Assembly: GCA_034530615.2 (NCBI GenBank)
Contig: JAVRCV020000065.1
Coordinates: forward strand, 32,001-96,000
From: Aulosira sp. ZfuVER01
GTDB lineage: Bacteria; Cyanobacteriota; Cyanobacteriia; Cyanobacteriales; Nostocaceae
DNA: 64,000 nt
Direction of reading: 5' to 3'
In this document: positions 29,527-40,474 of the stretch, in pieces
How the letters are laid out: every line of letters begins with the position of its first letter
Numbering within the stretch: the stretch's first letter is position 1
The notes under the pieces: generated by a model
Told to the model about the DNA's origin: nothing
Database searches by the model: none
What the model saw: the letters and a program-made list of their open reading frames with translations, nothing else
Made by a program: the position numbers and the translations under genes

Positions 29527-30276
29527 GGTTACTCCTCTATTTTCTTGAGGGTATTCACCTTAACGATGAACATATACATAGTGGCTACGACCGTTCCCGG
29601 AAAAATCTTGTTCTGACTTGATGCAATCTGATGTTATCCGTAGCCGATTTTGTCAGAACTCATTTATAACTACGTCAAGTTAAACGCAATTTCCCTGTAA
29701 TTGGGAGTGTAGTCTTCCGATCTTGTTCATAACTTGACATAGTTAAAATTTTAGTGAAGACATCTACCTTTGGGTGGGTTTTTTGGTAATTGTTACAAAA
29801 CTTAATTATATAACTGAGTACTATTACTAACCGTTACATCCTATACAGATGGGACCGCTTATGCCTGATACTATTGCGCTTTCATCTGGCACCCATTGAA
29901 CGGACTCAGGGATACGGACAATAATGTATAGCAAGATTTTTAGATACCTGGTATGAGATAGACAGCAGGTATCTATCATATCTAGCAGTCCCTCTCAATA
30001 AAAAAGTAAGAAGTTTCTTTAATTATTCCTTGTTGTCTGACTTGTCCCTTGAAAGAATTTGTTCCTCAGTCCCTCTTAGCCTTCTCACAGGTATAGGTTT
30101 TTGATAAACAGGTGAGTTAGGATTTTCGTTTGAAAGCAAGAATCAGCTTTCTCTTCCTTGTTCTGTTTCCAGCGTTGTTGTAAAAACCTACACTTTTCAG
30201 ATATTCCCCTCCACCTCTGACTTGTAGCTGTAATGGAAATAATGGGTATAAGGAATTACTACTCAATCACTAGGTA

Positions 30277-31479
30277 ATGCGAGTGAATGTCGTTCAATTT
30301 GCAATCTATGGCGTATTAGGGCTGAGTTACCTGGGGTTGGCATTGGGCTATATTCCTGGTTTACGCATGAACCGTGCCACCATTGCCCTAGTGGGATCTG
30401 CCTTTTTAATTGCTTTGGGCGCTGTAAATTTACAGGAGGCTTGGCAGGCAATTGATGCCAACACCATCATATTTTTACTGAGCATGATGGTAGTTAATGC
30501 TAACCTATCCTATGCAGGGTTTTTTGTGCGATCGCTAGCAATACTTTTGAGTCTTACCCGCAGTCCGCTAGGTTTGTTAATTGCTTTAACCTTTAGTAGT
30601 GGTATCCTCTCTGCCGTATTTCTCAACGACACCGTAGCGCTAATTTTTACACCGCTGACATTGAGCCTAACTCAAGCATTGCGTTTAAAGCCCATACCTT
30701 ATTTACTAGCGATCGCAGGTGCAACTAATATTGGTTCTGTTTGCACTCTCAGCGGTAATCCCCAAAATATATTAATTGGTTCTTTCTCAAGCATTCCCTA
30801 CCTAGATTTTCTGCACGCACTCGCCCCAGTAGCCTTGATTGGTTTAGTAATTCAGATAGGATTGCTTTGGTTACTTTATCCAGATGTACGTTCCATCCAA
30901 CCTTGTCAGCCATTAGCAGGTGGAAAACATCGCATTTTCAAACCTTTATTTCATAAAACATTAGTCATCACCATAGGATTACTTATCGCCTTTGCTGTTG
31001 GCTTACCTCTAGCGGAGTCTGCTTTAATGGCTGCTAGTTTGTTGTTGATTACGCGGCGACTGAAACCAGAGCGCATTCTCCAAAGAATAGATTGGAATCT
31101 GCTAGTAATGTTTTCGGGATTATTTATTCTGACTAAAGTCACAGAAAAATTAAATTTATTGCAGCTATTTACTCATGCAGTCAACACTTCTGCAAGTTTT
31201 TTGAGCGTAACTGTTGTCTTATCTAATTTAATTTCAAATGTTCCGGCTGTACTTTTATTGCACCCTCTAATTCCCAAGGATGATACACAATATTGGCTAT
31301 TACTAGCAGCCGGATCTACATTGGCAGGTAATCTAACTTTGTTTGGTTCAGTTGCTAACTTAATAGTCGTAGAAGCCACTGCAAATTTAGGCTATAAGCT
31401 CACTTTCTGGGAGCATCTACGCTTTGGAGTACCACTAACATTGTGTACTTTAATTTTAACTTATCTGTGGATTCACTAG
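30277..31479 (+). CDS. anion transporter (ArsB/NhaD/SLC13-like permease)
   Basis: Multi-TM; LSAVFLNDT, ATNIGS..TLSGNPQNILI, SNLISNVPA, TLAGNLTLFGSVANLIV. Confidence 0.88.
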   Translation: MRVNVVQFAIYGVLGLSYLGLALGYIPGLRMNRATIALVGSAFLIALGAVNLQEAWQAIDANTIIFLLSMMVVNANLSYAGFFVRSLAILLSLTRSPLGLLIALTFSSGILSAVFLNDTVALIFTPLTLSLTQALRLKPIPYLLAIAGATNIGSVCTLSGNPQNILIGSFSSIPYLDFLHALAPVALIGLVIQIGLLWLLYPDVRSIQPCQPLAGGKHRIFKPLFHKTLVITIGLLIAFAVGLPLAESALMAASLLLITRRLKPERILQRIDWNLLVMFSGLFILTKVTEKLNLLQLFTHAVNTSASFLSVTVVLSNLISNVPAVLLLHPLIPKDDTQYWLLLAAGSTLAGNLTLFGSVANLIVVEATANLGYKLTFWEHLRFGVPLTLCTLILTYLWIH

Positions 31480-31759
31480 GCAATAGAAAATTATTCAACT
31501 ATTAAGAAGTGTCAGAACACAGGCTTAATATGCCTCATATCATAATCATATTAGACAGCTACTTTACGTCTACAAGATATCTAAGTTAATCTAGTGAGGA
31601 TTGCGCTATGTATCACATAATCTCAGTGTATATAAATTACTCTGCTTTAGAGCCTTTTAGCTGTATGTAATAGATTCAGCCGAAATTCAACGTATCTTAC
31701 TGGGATTGTAGCTCTACATAGTAGAGAGACAAGTTACTCATTTGTAGAGGCTATAAAAT

Positions 31760-32656
31760 ATGAGTTTTTGGGATCTCGAAATTGATGCTGAATTAGAACA
31801 ATTGAAAAAAGAGCTAAGAAAACGCCACCTTCATAATGATTGTTCTTCTGGAGAGATGGATAGTGTTCTTGAAAAACTAAATAATCTGGTAGGTATGCAG
31901 AATGTTAAAGATGAAATCAATACTCTAATAAACTTTCTGAAAATTCAGAAACTACGCCAGGAAAAAAAACTTGCTACTGTTTCGGTTACACTTCACTCCG
32001 TGTTTTGTGGACCTCCTGGAACTGGAAAAACAACAGTAGCTCGTCTAATGGGCGAAATCTACAAAGAACTGGGGATACTTTCTAAAGGTCATCTGGTCGA
32101 AACTGATCGATCTGGATTAGTAGCAGGTTATATTGGGCAAACTGCTATTAAAGTTGATGCAATTATTGAATCAGCATTAGACGGCGTGCTGTTTATTGAT
32201 GAAGCCTATGCATTAAAGCCAGAAAATTCACGCAATGATTTCGGACAAGAAGCTATAGATACTCTTTTGAAAAGAATGGAGGATTATAGAGACAGGCTAG
32301 TAGTGATAGTGGCTGGTTATAATGAAGAAATGTCTAGATTTATAGATGCTAATCCTGGATTGCAGTCAAGATTTAACAAATATTTTTATTTTGAAGATTA
32401 TCAGCCTAACGACTTACTAAACATTTTTGAAAACATTTGTGAGCAACATCATTTCCATCTTACTGAGCAATCACAAAAAGCATTACTGCATAAATTAAAT
32501 GATTTATATGTAAGCCGAGATAAAAAGTTTGGTAATGGAAGGCTTGTGAGAAATATATTTGAAAAAACTATTGAGAAGCAAGCAAACAGACTTGTCACAA
32601 TTCCTGGAGTCAGCAAGGAAATGATGATGCAAATTATGCCCGAAGATATAGCTTGA
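31760..32656 (+). CDS. stand-alone AAA+ ATPase, SpoVK/CbbX family
   Basis: GPPGTGKTT, LVAGYIGQTA, LFIDEAY, NPGLQSRF, GNGRLVRN. Confidence 0.88.
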   Translation: MSFWDLEIDAELEQLKKELRKRHLHNDCSSGEMDSVLEKLNNLVGMQNVKDEINTLINFLKIQKLRQEKKLATVSVTLHSVFCGPPGTGKTTVARLMGEIYKELGILSKGHLVETDRSGLVAGYIGQTAIKVDAIIESALDGVLFIDEAYALKPENSRNDFGQEAIDTLLKRMEDYRDRLVVIVAGYNEEMSRFIDANPGLQSRFNKYFYFEDYQPNDLLNIFENICEQHHFHLTEQSQKALLHKLNDLYVSRDKKFGNGRLVRNIFEKTIEKQANRLVTIPGVSKEMMMQIMPEDIA

Positions 32657-32820
32657 ACATAATAGGCTTGTCAGACAGATTTTTCTCTGCTGTGGCTTAT
32701 TTCCTAATAATAAAAGTCTAGGAACAATTAAGCGAGTGAGTGCATCTTTTCTCATGCCAAAACGCAAAGACACTCAGAATAAACTTTGCGTCTTTGCGTG
32801 AGATTGTAATTCTAAATTCT

Positions 32821-34593
32821 TTACGATGCTACCTGAGCAGCAGTCCTAGGCCGCCGTCTTCTACCATCGCTGACTTTTACAGGTGGCTCATCAGGAATCT
32901 GCATTAACAATGTCACAGTAGGTTGACATTGCAGTTCCCGACGGATAGAGCGTTGCAATTCTCTTTCTAACATTCCTTGCAATCCACCCCAATCTACCTC
33001 GAATTGCTCACCTTCACGCGGTTGGGCAAATTCTAACCAGCGAACGCTCAATATTTCTTCAATTCGCTGTTGTACCCATTTTTGGAGGAGCGATCGCTCT
33101 ATACTTGTGACTACACCCCGCAGGTGAATTTCTGGCTTGGCTAATAATTTCCCACTCCAATCAATGGCGGCGGCGATGGTAACAATACCTTCGGAAGCCA
33201 TGCGTTGGCGTTCTTGCAGTACTTTGGCACTAACCATACCAGAACTAGTTGTATCCACCAGTTCAATGCCAGATGGCACTTTACCAGCAACGCGGATGGC
33301 ATCTTCTGTCAATTCCACGATATCGCCATTCTGGATAATAATCATGTTTTCTGGAGGAATGCCCATACTCTGCGCTGTTTGGGCGTGCTTCACCAGCATT
33401 CGATGCTCGCCGTGAAAGGGCACAAAAAACTTTGGTCGAGTTAAGGCAATCATCAGTTTTTGGTCTTCTTGACAACCGTGACCAGAAACGTGAATTCCTT
33501 TATCTCGACCATAGACTACGTTTGCCCCTTGGAGCATCAATTTATCTATCGTATTAACAACCGCGATCGTATTGCCAGGAATCGGGTTAGCGGAGAAGAC
33601 TACTGTATCTCCTTGACGAATTTTAATGTGGGGGTGTTCTTTGTTAGCAATTCTTGTCATTGCTGCCATCGTCTCACCCTGAGAACCAGTTGTGAGAATC
33701 AGCACGTTCTCATCTGGTAAACTGCGAACAGTGTGCAACGGTTGCAGAAGATGATCTGGACACTTGATGTAACCTAGATTGCGAGCATGGGCAATCAAAT
33801 TTAGCATCGAACGCCCGACAACTGTCACTGTGCGGTTGTGCTTCTGCGCCAAATCCAAAATCATGTTGATGCGATGGACGCTAGAAGCAAAAGTAGTGAC
33901 AAATAATCTCCCGGTAGCTTGAGAAAATACTCGATCGAGATTGGGATACACGGAACGTTCAGAAGGGGTGAATCCTGGTACTTCTGAGTTAGTTGAATCA
34001 CTCAACAAACAAAGCACGCCTTTTTCACCGTGTTCTGCTAACCGTTGTAAGTCAAATCTTTCACCATCCACTGGGGTGTGGTCAATTTTAAAGTCTCCTG
34101 TATGGATGACTATACCTAGGGGTGTATGAATAGCAACGGTAAAGCTATCAGCAATGGAGTGGGTATTGCGAATGTATTCAACAAAGAAGGATTTGCCAAT
34201 TCTGACTACATCCCGAGGAAGAACCGATCTTAATTCTGTGCGATCGCGTACTCCTGCTTCTTCTAATTTACCCTCTAGCATCGCCATTGCTAGTCTCGGT
34301 CCATAAATTACGGGTATGTCAAATTGCTTGAGGTGAAATGCAATCCCGCCGATATGGTCTTCATGACCGTGGGTGACAATCATCCCTTTAATTTTATGGC
34401 GATTTTCCCGTAGATATGTGGTATCTGGCAGGACAATATTTACACCATGCATTGCCTCAGTAGGAAAGGCTAAACCTGCATCTAATAAGATAATTTCATC
34501 GTCATACTCGAAAACACAAGTATTTTTACCAATTTCATGTAAACCGCCCAAAGGAATAATTTTGAGGGCGGAGTTAGCTTCGTTTTTAGCCAT
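32821..34593 (-). CDS. rnj: ribonuclease J
   Basis: PLGGLHEIGKN, THGHEDHIG, HTGDFK, HVSGH; lies downstream of dapA. Confidence 0.95.
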   Translation of the reverse strand: MAKNEANSALKIIPLGGLHEIGKNTCVFEYDDEIILLDAGLAFPTEAMHGVNIVLPDTTYLRENRHKIKGMIVTHGHEDHIGGIAFHLKQFDIPVIYGPRLAMAMLEGKLEEAGVRDRTELRSVLPRDVVRIGKSFFVEYIRNTHSIADSFTVAIHTPLGIVIHTGDFKIDHTPVDGERFDLQRLAEHGEKGVLCLLSDSTNSEVPGFTPSERSVYPNLDRVFSQATGRLFVTTFASSVHRINMILDLAQKHNRTVTVVGRSMLNLIAHARNLGYIKCPDHLLQPLHTVRSLPDENVLILTTGSQGETMAAMTRIANKEHPHIKIRQGDTVVFSANPIPGNTIAVVNTIDKLMLQGANVVYGRDKGIHVSGHGCQEDQKLMIALTRPKFFVPFHGEHRMLVKHAQTAQSMGIPPENMIIIQNGDIVELTEDAIRVAGKVPSGIELVDTTSSGMVSAKVLQERQRMASEGIVTIAAAIDWSGKLLAKPEIHLRGVVTSIERSLLQKWVQQRIEEILSVRWLEFAQPREGEQFEVDWGGLQGMLERELQRSIRRELQCQPTVTLLMQIPDEPPVKVSDGRRRRPRTAAQVAS

Positions 34594-34880
34594 TTGCTCC
34601 TTGAATTGTTGTTTGTGGTTAATTTAAGTTAAAAAGTTAGCCTCTTGTATCAAAGACAACATTAGCTGTCTTATAAAGTCCTTCCCAAAGCAGCTTGTTT
34701 AAATCAGAATCTTCTATTGTTTGTTCAATAAAAATGGATTTTACGCTGAAGGATTCATAGTATAACTATTCAGTCGTAGCACAGGAGTTTCAAGTGCAAC
34801 CTGGTAAAAATTATGTATTTTCCTTATTTATTATGTATCTTTGGAAACTCATAACTTGCTAGTAATCAACAAGTTGGTAC

Positions 34881-35765
34881 TTAGATTAAATTAAGTTCTT
34901 TTAGCACCACCTCTAACTTATGACTGACTTCTGGATCGGCTTCGCATAGTGGCGGACGAGTTGAACCTACCTCCCAACCTTGAAGTTTTAGTGCTTTTTT
35001 AACTGGAATGGGATTTGTAGTTAAAAATAAAGCTTTAAACAGCGGAAAAAGTTGAAGATGAATTTGAGTCGCGACTTGGGTTTTACCCGCATTAAAAGCT
35101 TGGATCATCTGCTGTAGTTGATTTCCTACCAGATGAGAAGCTACGCTTACCACACCCTTTGCTCCGATCGCTAACAAAGGCAGGGTTAAAGAATCATCTC
35201 CAGCGTAAATCTGAAATTCTTGTGGTGTCAAGCGGCGAATTTCACTTGCCTGATCTAAACTTCCACTAGCTTCTTTTATCCCAACAATATTATTAATCTC
35301 CGCTAACCGGGCAACTGTTTCGGAACTGAGGTTTTGACCGGTACGACCAGGAATGTTGTACAACAACACAGGTAGGTCGGGACAGGCTTGTGCTACCGCC
35401 TGAAAGTGCTGGTAAAGTCCTGCTTGTGGCGGTTTATTGTAATAAGGAACAACTTGTAAAGATCCATGTACTCCTATTTTAGCTGCCTTTTGGGTGGCGG
35501 CGATCGCTTCTTTTGTGGAGTTGGAACCACACCCTGCTATCACCTTGGCTTTTCCAGCTACAGCCTGCAACACCTCAACAAACAACTGGTATTCCTCCTC
35601 CCAAGTCAAGGTAGGGGATTCCCCTGTTGTACCACACACTACTAATGTATCTGTACCGTTGTTAGCTAGATGTGCTGCTAGTTCTGCCGCTACATCATAG
35701 TTGACACTACCGTCTTCTTTAAACGGCGTAATCATAGCGGTTAAAACTCTGCCAAAATCTCCCAC
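34881..35765 (-). CDS. dapA: 4-hydroxy-tetrahydrodipicolinate synthase
   Basis: [36 protein letters not shown]. Confidence 0.96.
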   Translation of the reverse strand: MGDFGRVLTAMITPFKEDGSVNYDVAAELAAHLANNGTDTLVVCGTTGESPTLTWEEEYQLFVEVLQAVAGKAKVIAGCGSNSTKEAIAATQKAAKIGVHGSLQVVPYYNKPPQAGLYQHFQAVAQACPDLPVLLYNIPGRTGQNLSSETVARLAEINNIVGIKEASGSLDQASEIRRLTPQEFQIYAGDDSLTLPLLAIGAKGVVSVASHLVGNQLQQMIQAFNAGKTQVATQIHLQLFPLFKALFLTTNPIPVKKALKLQGWEVGSTRPPLCEADPEVSHKLEVVLKELNLI

Positions 35766-35927
35766 CCTCTTTTCACTCCTGATTACCTTTTTTGTTTTTT
35801 TGTAGCTTGGTGGTTTTCTATTTTAATAACCTATTTGCAAATTACTTTCAAGCTCTATCCGCACATTTGCTAGGATTTTTCTCTATCTTTATTGAGGCTA
35901 AATAGCCGCAATTTTATTTGCTATTTT

Positions 35928-36971
35928 TTAACTCATAGCCTTTGCCACTTCAGGCTTTAGTAGATTTTTTTCTACTAATAACTCGGCAATTTGTACTGCA
36001 TTTAAAGCTGCGCCTTTACGGATTTGGTCACCACATAACCATAGTTCCAAGCCGCACGGATGAGAAATGTCTTGACGAATTCTTCCTACTAAAACTTCAT
36101 CTTTCCCAGTAGCTTCAATTGGCATAGGAAAATAATTTGCTCTCCAATCTTCTACTAATTTCACCCCAGGAGAGTGACTCAATATTTCTCTAGCTTCATC
36201 TGGACTAAAAGGCGTCTCAAATTCTATGTTAACTGCTTCTGAGTGGGCACGGAGTACGGGAACCCGCACACAAGTGGCGGTAATTCTCATTTGCTGTGCG
36301 CCAAAAATTTTGCGAGTTTCGTTGACCATTTTCATTTCTTCCTCGCAGTATCCCCAATCGTTGAGTGGGGAATTATGGGGAAATAAATTAAATGCCAAGG
36401 GGTAAGGCAAAACTTCTGCAACTGGTGTTTTTCCTTCTAAGATGGTGCTGGCCTGAGTTTTCACTTCTGCCATTGCTTTAGCACCAGCACCACTAGCAGA
36501 TTGATAGGTTGCAATCACCAGCCGTTGGATTGGTCTGATTTTGTGTAGAGGCCATAATGCCACTGCCAGTAAAATTGTTGTGCAGTTGGGATTAGCAATA
36601 ATGCCTTGATGATGAGCCGCTGCTTGGGGATTTACCTCTGGTACTACCAAAGGCACTTCCTCGTTCATGCGAAAGGCACTGGAGTTATCAATTACGACTG
36701 CGCCTTTATCTACCGCTTTTGCTGCCCAAGTTTTGGATGTAGAACCACCTGCACTTGCTAATACTATATCTATGCCCTCAAAGGCGCGATCGCTTACTGC
36801 CTCTATTGGCAAATTTTCTCCTTTAAAAGGCAGCGTTCGCCCTACGCTCCTCTCTGATGCCAACAACTTTAAATTGGATAGCGGAAAATTCCGACTCTCC
36901 AATAATTCCAGCAACTCAGTACCAACAGCACCAGTTGCGCCCAAAATAGCTACACTATAGGATTTAGACAA
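35928..36971 (-). CDS. asd: aspartate-semialdehyde dehydrogenase
   Basis: GATGAVG, DNSSAFRM, IANPNCTT, YQSASGAG, RKGAALNAVQIAE. Confidence 0.96.
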   Translation of the reverse strand: MSKSYSVAILGATGAVGTELLELLESRNFPLSNLKLLASERSVGRTLPFKGENLPIEAVSDRAFEGIDIVLASAGGSTSKTWAAKAVDKGAVVIDNSSAFRMNEEVPLVVPEVNPQAAAHHQGIIANPNCTTILLAVALWPLHKIRPIQRLVIATYQSASGAGAKAMAEVKTQASTILEGKTPVAEVLPYPLAFNLFPHNSPLNDWGYCEEEMKMVNETRKIFGAQQMRITATCVRVPVLRAHSEAVNIEFETPFSPDEAREILSHSPGVKLVEDWRANYFPMPIEATGKDEVLVGRIRQDISHPCGLELWLCGDQIRKGAALNAVQIAELLVEKNLLKPEVAKAMS

Positions 36972-37659
36972 CCTTACTTCCTCCTTTAAGAGGTTATTTA
37001 TGATTTATTGAACCAATGCAAAACTTATTTCACTAGTTAAATTGCAGTTGTATACATTAAATAAATTTTTCTTTACTGGAAATTTCTTATTTATTACACT
37101 ATTTAAGTTTTCTTGATTTAATAAATTAATTAACTTTTCAGTTTTTCCTAATTTCCTTTGCTTTCCTGACATTCATATTTTGTTACTTTTATTTAAATTA
37201 TTGTAATTATACAACGAATTTATCAGCAGCGAAAGAATTAAAATTCTGTACTTACACATTGTTGAAGTTTCAGAGTTTGCCAGCTAATTCAACAATTTTG
37301 CCTGTTCATTTGTGCTGCAAAGATGATGGATGTACTATGATCCAAGTGAAACAAACAATCAAACAAAAGCCTGACCTATGCAGCAATGCTGTCAGTCCCA
37401 ATAAATCCAAACTGGCAATTCAAATTCCTACTTGAAGACCAGGATATCACGCTGTTAGCCCTCTGAATCATAAATCCACTTTTGTGTCTGGATATGGAGT
37501 GCGCAACCCCCATATATCAGCACATAACCTGTGGTGGTTGATTCCGGGAGCAATGATTGGGACGGGAGCATGAATGACTGTATTGTAATCGACATTTTGG
37601 AGATGCGATCGGTAAACTTATTGCGCTAAAGTGTTCAGTCTTTTGCCATTAGCAGTACA

Positions 37660-37736
37660 CTGGATAACTGCTGAAGCGCAAAGTCTGAGCGGAGGTTGCC
37701 TCCGATCAGAACTTTGTAAGAAGGGCAGTTATCCAG
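37660..37736. repeat. hairpin carrying a small dispersed element in the tig leader
   Basis: 12-bp arms CTGGATAACTGC / GCAGTTATCCAG enclose AAGCGCAAAGTCTGAGCGGAGGTTGCCTCCGATCAGAACTTTGTAAGA, which recurs at 41891-42026. Confidence 0.75.
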
Positions 37737-37861
37737 ATTTGGATTCTCATTATGCCTTGTGGGCATTTGCCATCCCAGCGAAGAGACATCAACGAACAGA
37801 AGCGATCAATCGCGTTTTGTCTGTACTCGGAGTCAAAAATACCAGAAAACAGAGACGAAGC

Positions 37862-39310
37862 ATGAAAGTCACCCAGGAAAAACTTCCCGCCAGTCAAATA
37901 GGATTGGAAATAGAGATTACGCCAGAAATTACCAAGCAAACTTACGAACAGGTAATTAAAAACCTAGCTAGTACTGCCAATATTCCTGGGTTTCGCAAAG
38001 GCAAAGTGCCTCGGCAGATATTGCTACAGCGCCTAGGCACAACTCGCATCAAAGCAGCAGCCCTGGAAGAACTAATTCAAGATGGTATCGAAAAAGCTGT
38101 CAAACAAGAAGAAATTCCAGCAATTGGGCAACCGCAGTTACGCTCTTCCTTTGATGAATTGATTAATAATTATCAACCAGGGCAACCGCTGATCTTTTCT
38201 GCTGCTGTCGATGTGGAGCCAGAAATCCAGATAGCGCAGTATACAGGTTTAGCAGCCAAAGCGGAGGAAGTCAAATATGACCCAGCTCGCGTTGATGAGG
38301 TTCTGGATAAAGAACGCCAAGAACTGGGAACTTTGATTCCGGTGGAAGGGCGTGCTGCTCAAATTGGCGATGTCGCAGTCTTAGACTTTAAAGGCGTATT
38401 GGCAAAAGCTGAAGGTGAAGACGAATCCGCAGAACCAACCCCCATTCCCGGCGGAGAAGCCAGCGATTTTCAAGTGGAATTATACGAAGATCGATTTATT
38501 CCCGGATTTGTATCTGGCATAGTCGGAATGAATCCAGGGGAAACCAAAGAAATTTCGGCTCAGTTCCCAGATCCTTATGCTAACGAAGAGTTAGCAGGCA
38601 AACCTGCTGTGTTTACAGTGACGTTGAATGAACTCAAAGAAAAAGAGTTACCTGAATTGGATGATGATTTTGCTAAGGAAGTCAGCGACTTTGACACATT
38701 AGCGGAATTGCGCGCCTCTTTAGAAGAGAAATATCAAAAAGAAGCGGAACAAAAAACCAAAGCCAATAAACAAGAAGCCTTATTGGCGGAACTGCTCAAG
38801 CAAGTAGAAGTTGACTTACCAGCCACTTTAATTGAGCAAGAAGTAGATGCGATGCTGACGCAAACAGCAATTCGGCTGTCGCAGCAGGGACTAGATGTGC
38901 GGAAATTATTTACCCAAGATATTATTCCGCAGTTACGGGCGCGATCGCGCGATGAAGCCATTGAACGCCTGAAACGCTCCCTCGCTTTGCGCGAAGTCAG
39001 TAAACGTGAATCTATCCAGGTGACAGATCAAGAAATTCAAGCTAGAGTCACAGAACTGTTACAGCAGTACTCACAAGAAGAGGTGGACGAAGATAGACTG
39101 CGTTCCGTAGTAGAAAATGAACTGTCAACCGAAAAAATCGTCGATTGGCTGTTAGAACACTCATCAGTTGAACTTGTCCCCGAAGGCTCTTTGAGTACCC
39201 CAGAAGCAACCGAAACTTTAGATACAGAATCAGAGGCTGTCTCTGCATCTGTAGTAGAGGGAGAAATTGGCGAAGCTGCTACTAGCGAAGAGTCCACCAA
39301 TCCTGAGTAA
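37862..39310 (+). CDS. tig: trigger factor
   Basis: Start MKVTQEKLPASQ at 37862; IPGFRKGKVP signature; FKBP domain; lies upstream of clpP-clpX. Confidence 0.96.
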   Translation: MKVTQEKLPASQIGLEIEITPEITKQTYEQVIKNLASTANIPGFRKGKVPRQILLQRLGTTRIKAAALEELIQDGIEKAVKQEEIPAIGQPQLRSSFDELINNYQPGQPLIFSAAVDVEPEIQIAQYTGLAAKAEEVKYDPARVDEVLDKERQELGTLIPVEGRAAQIGDVAVLDFKGVLAKAEGEDESAEPTPIPGGEASDFQVELYEDRFIPGFVSGIVGMNPGETKEISAQFPDPYANEELAGKPAVFTVTLNELKEKELPELDDDFAKEVSDFDTLAELRASLEEKYQKEAEQKTKANKQEALLAELLKQVEVDLPATLIEQEVDAMLTQTAIRLSQQGLDVRKLFTQDIIPQLRARSRDEAIERLKRSLALREVSKRESIQVTDQEIQARVTELLQQYSQEEVDEDRLRSVVENELSTEKIVDWLLEHSSVELVPEGSLSTPEATETLDTESEAVSASVVEGEIGEAATSEESTNPE

Positions 39311-39766
39311 GTTCCTCGTCAGGACTTTAGTATTGGATTTTTAAACGCTAAAGTCCTCACCCTCCTCTGTAGAATAGACTTCTGCCGTGCTGTACTTGTG
39401 CAACATGGCAGAAATAACAATCTACTTGCAAAAAGTGGAAAAGTCTGTAAAATAAGCTTTCTTAACCCTTGGACTTTTTGCAGTCACTTATCGGGAGCCA
39501 GTTCGTTTCGGGGTAAAAGACGGACTCAGCACTTTTTCAAGTTAACTACGCGGCTAGCTCCTTAAAACCTAAAACTTAATACAATGGTTAAGAAATTTTA
39601 AAGAAAATACCATCCCTAGTGCTGCCGTGGCTAGATACTGTGTTACACGAGAAATTTTAGATGAGGCATAATGGTTAACACATAGCTCAAATAACAATCT
39701 AAATTAGTGAAAGAGGCAGCACTTGCTGCTTTGGTCTTTGTCCCACTTAGTTGTCAAATGTTTTTT

Positions 39767-40465
39767 ATGCTTGTATCGCAGTCGGGAAATTACCCAATTA
39801 GCAGCTTAAGTCGAATAAATATTAATTCCCACTTGAGCGGCCCCAACAACATCGTACCGATGGTGGTAGAACAATCCGGTATGGGAGAAAGGGCATTCGA
39901 CATCTACTCCCGCCTACTGCGAGAGCGGATTATCTTTTTGGGAACGCCCATAGACGATGCTGTTGCCAATTCGATTGTTGCCCAATTATTGTTCCTGGAT
40001 GCCGAAGACTCAGAAAAGGACATTCAGCTATACATTAACTCTCCTGGTGGCTCGGTCTACGCAGGCATGGCAATCTATGATACAATACAACAAATCCGTC
40101 CCGATGTTGTTACCATCTGTTTTGGATTAGCCGCAAGCATGGGGGCATTTTTGTTAACAGCAGGGACTAAAGGTAAGCGCATGTCTCTACCTGACTCCCG
40201 GATTATGATTCACCAACCACTTGGGGGCGCTCAAGGGCAGGCAATTGACATTGAAATTCAAGCTAGAGAAATTCTTTACATTAAGGGTAAGTTGAATCAG
40301 TTAATGTCTGAGCATACTGGTCAACCCCTAGAAAGAATTGAAGCAGATACGGAACGCGACTTTTTCATGTCGGCAGAAGAAGCGAAAACCTACGGTTTGA
40401 TCGACCAAGTTATTTCCAGACAAAATATTCCCACACCAGGGGAAAACGTCACCATTCTGAAATAA
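39767..40465 (+). CDS. clpP: ATP-dependent Clp protease proteolytic subunit
   Basis: [38 protein letters not shown]; exact start uncertain. Confidence 0.95.
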   Translation: MLVSQSGNYPISSLSRININSHLSGPNNIVPMVVEQSGMGERAFDIYSRLLRERIIFLGTPIDDAVANSIVAQLLFLDAEDSEKDIQLYINSPGGSVYAGMAIYDTIQQIRPDVVTICFGLAASMGAFLLTAGTKGKRMSLPDSRIMIHQPLGGAQGQAIDIEIQAREILYIKGKLNQLMSEHTGQPLERIEADTERDFFMSAEEAKTYGLIDQVISRQNIPTPGENVTILK

Positions 40466-40474
40466 GAGGCTGGT

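Noticed and set aside
37631..37861. 77-aa N-terminal extension of trigger factor in the ORF track
   Set aside because: Runs through a palindromic repeat element; the canonical start MKVTQEKL is at 37862.
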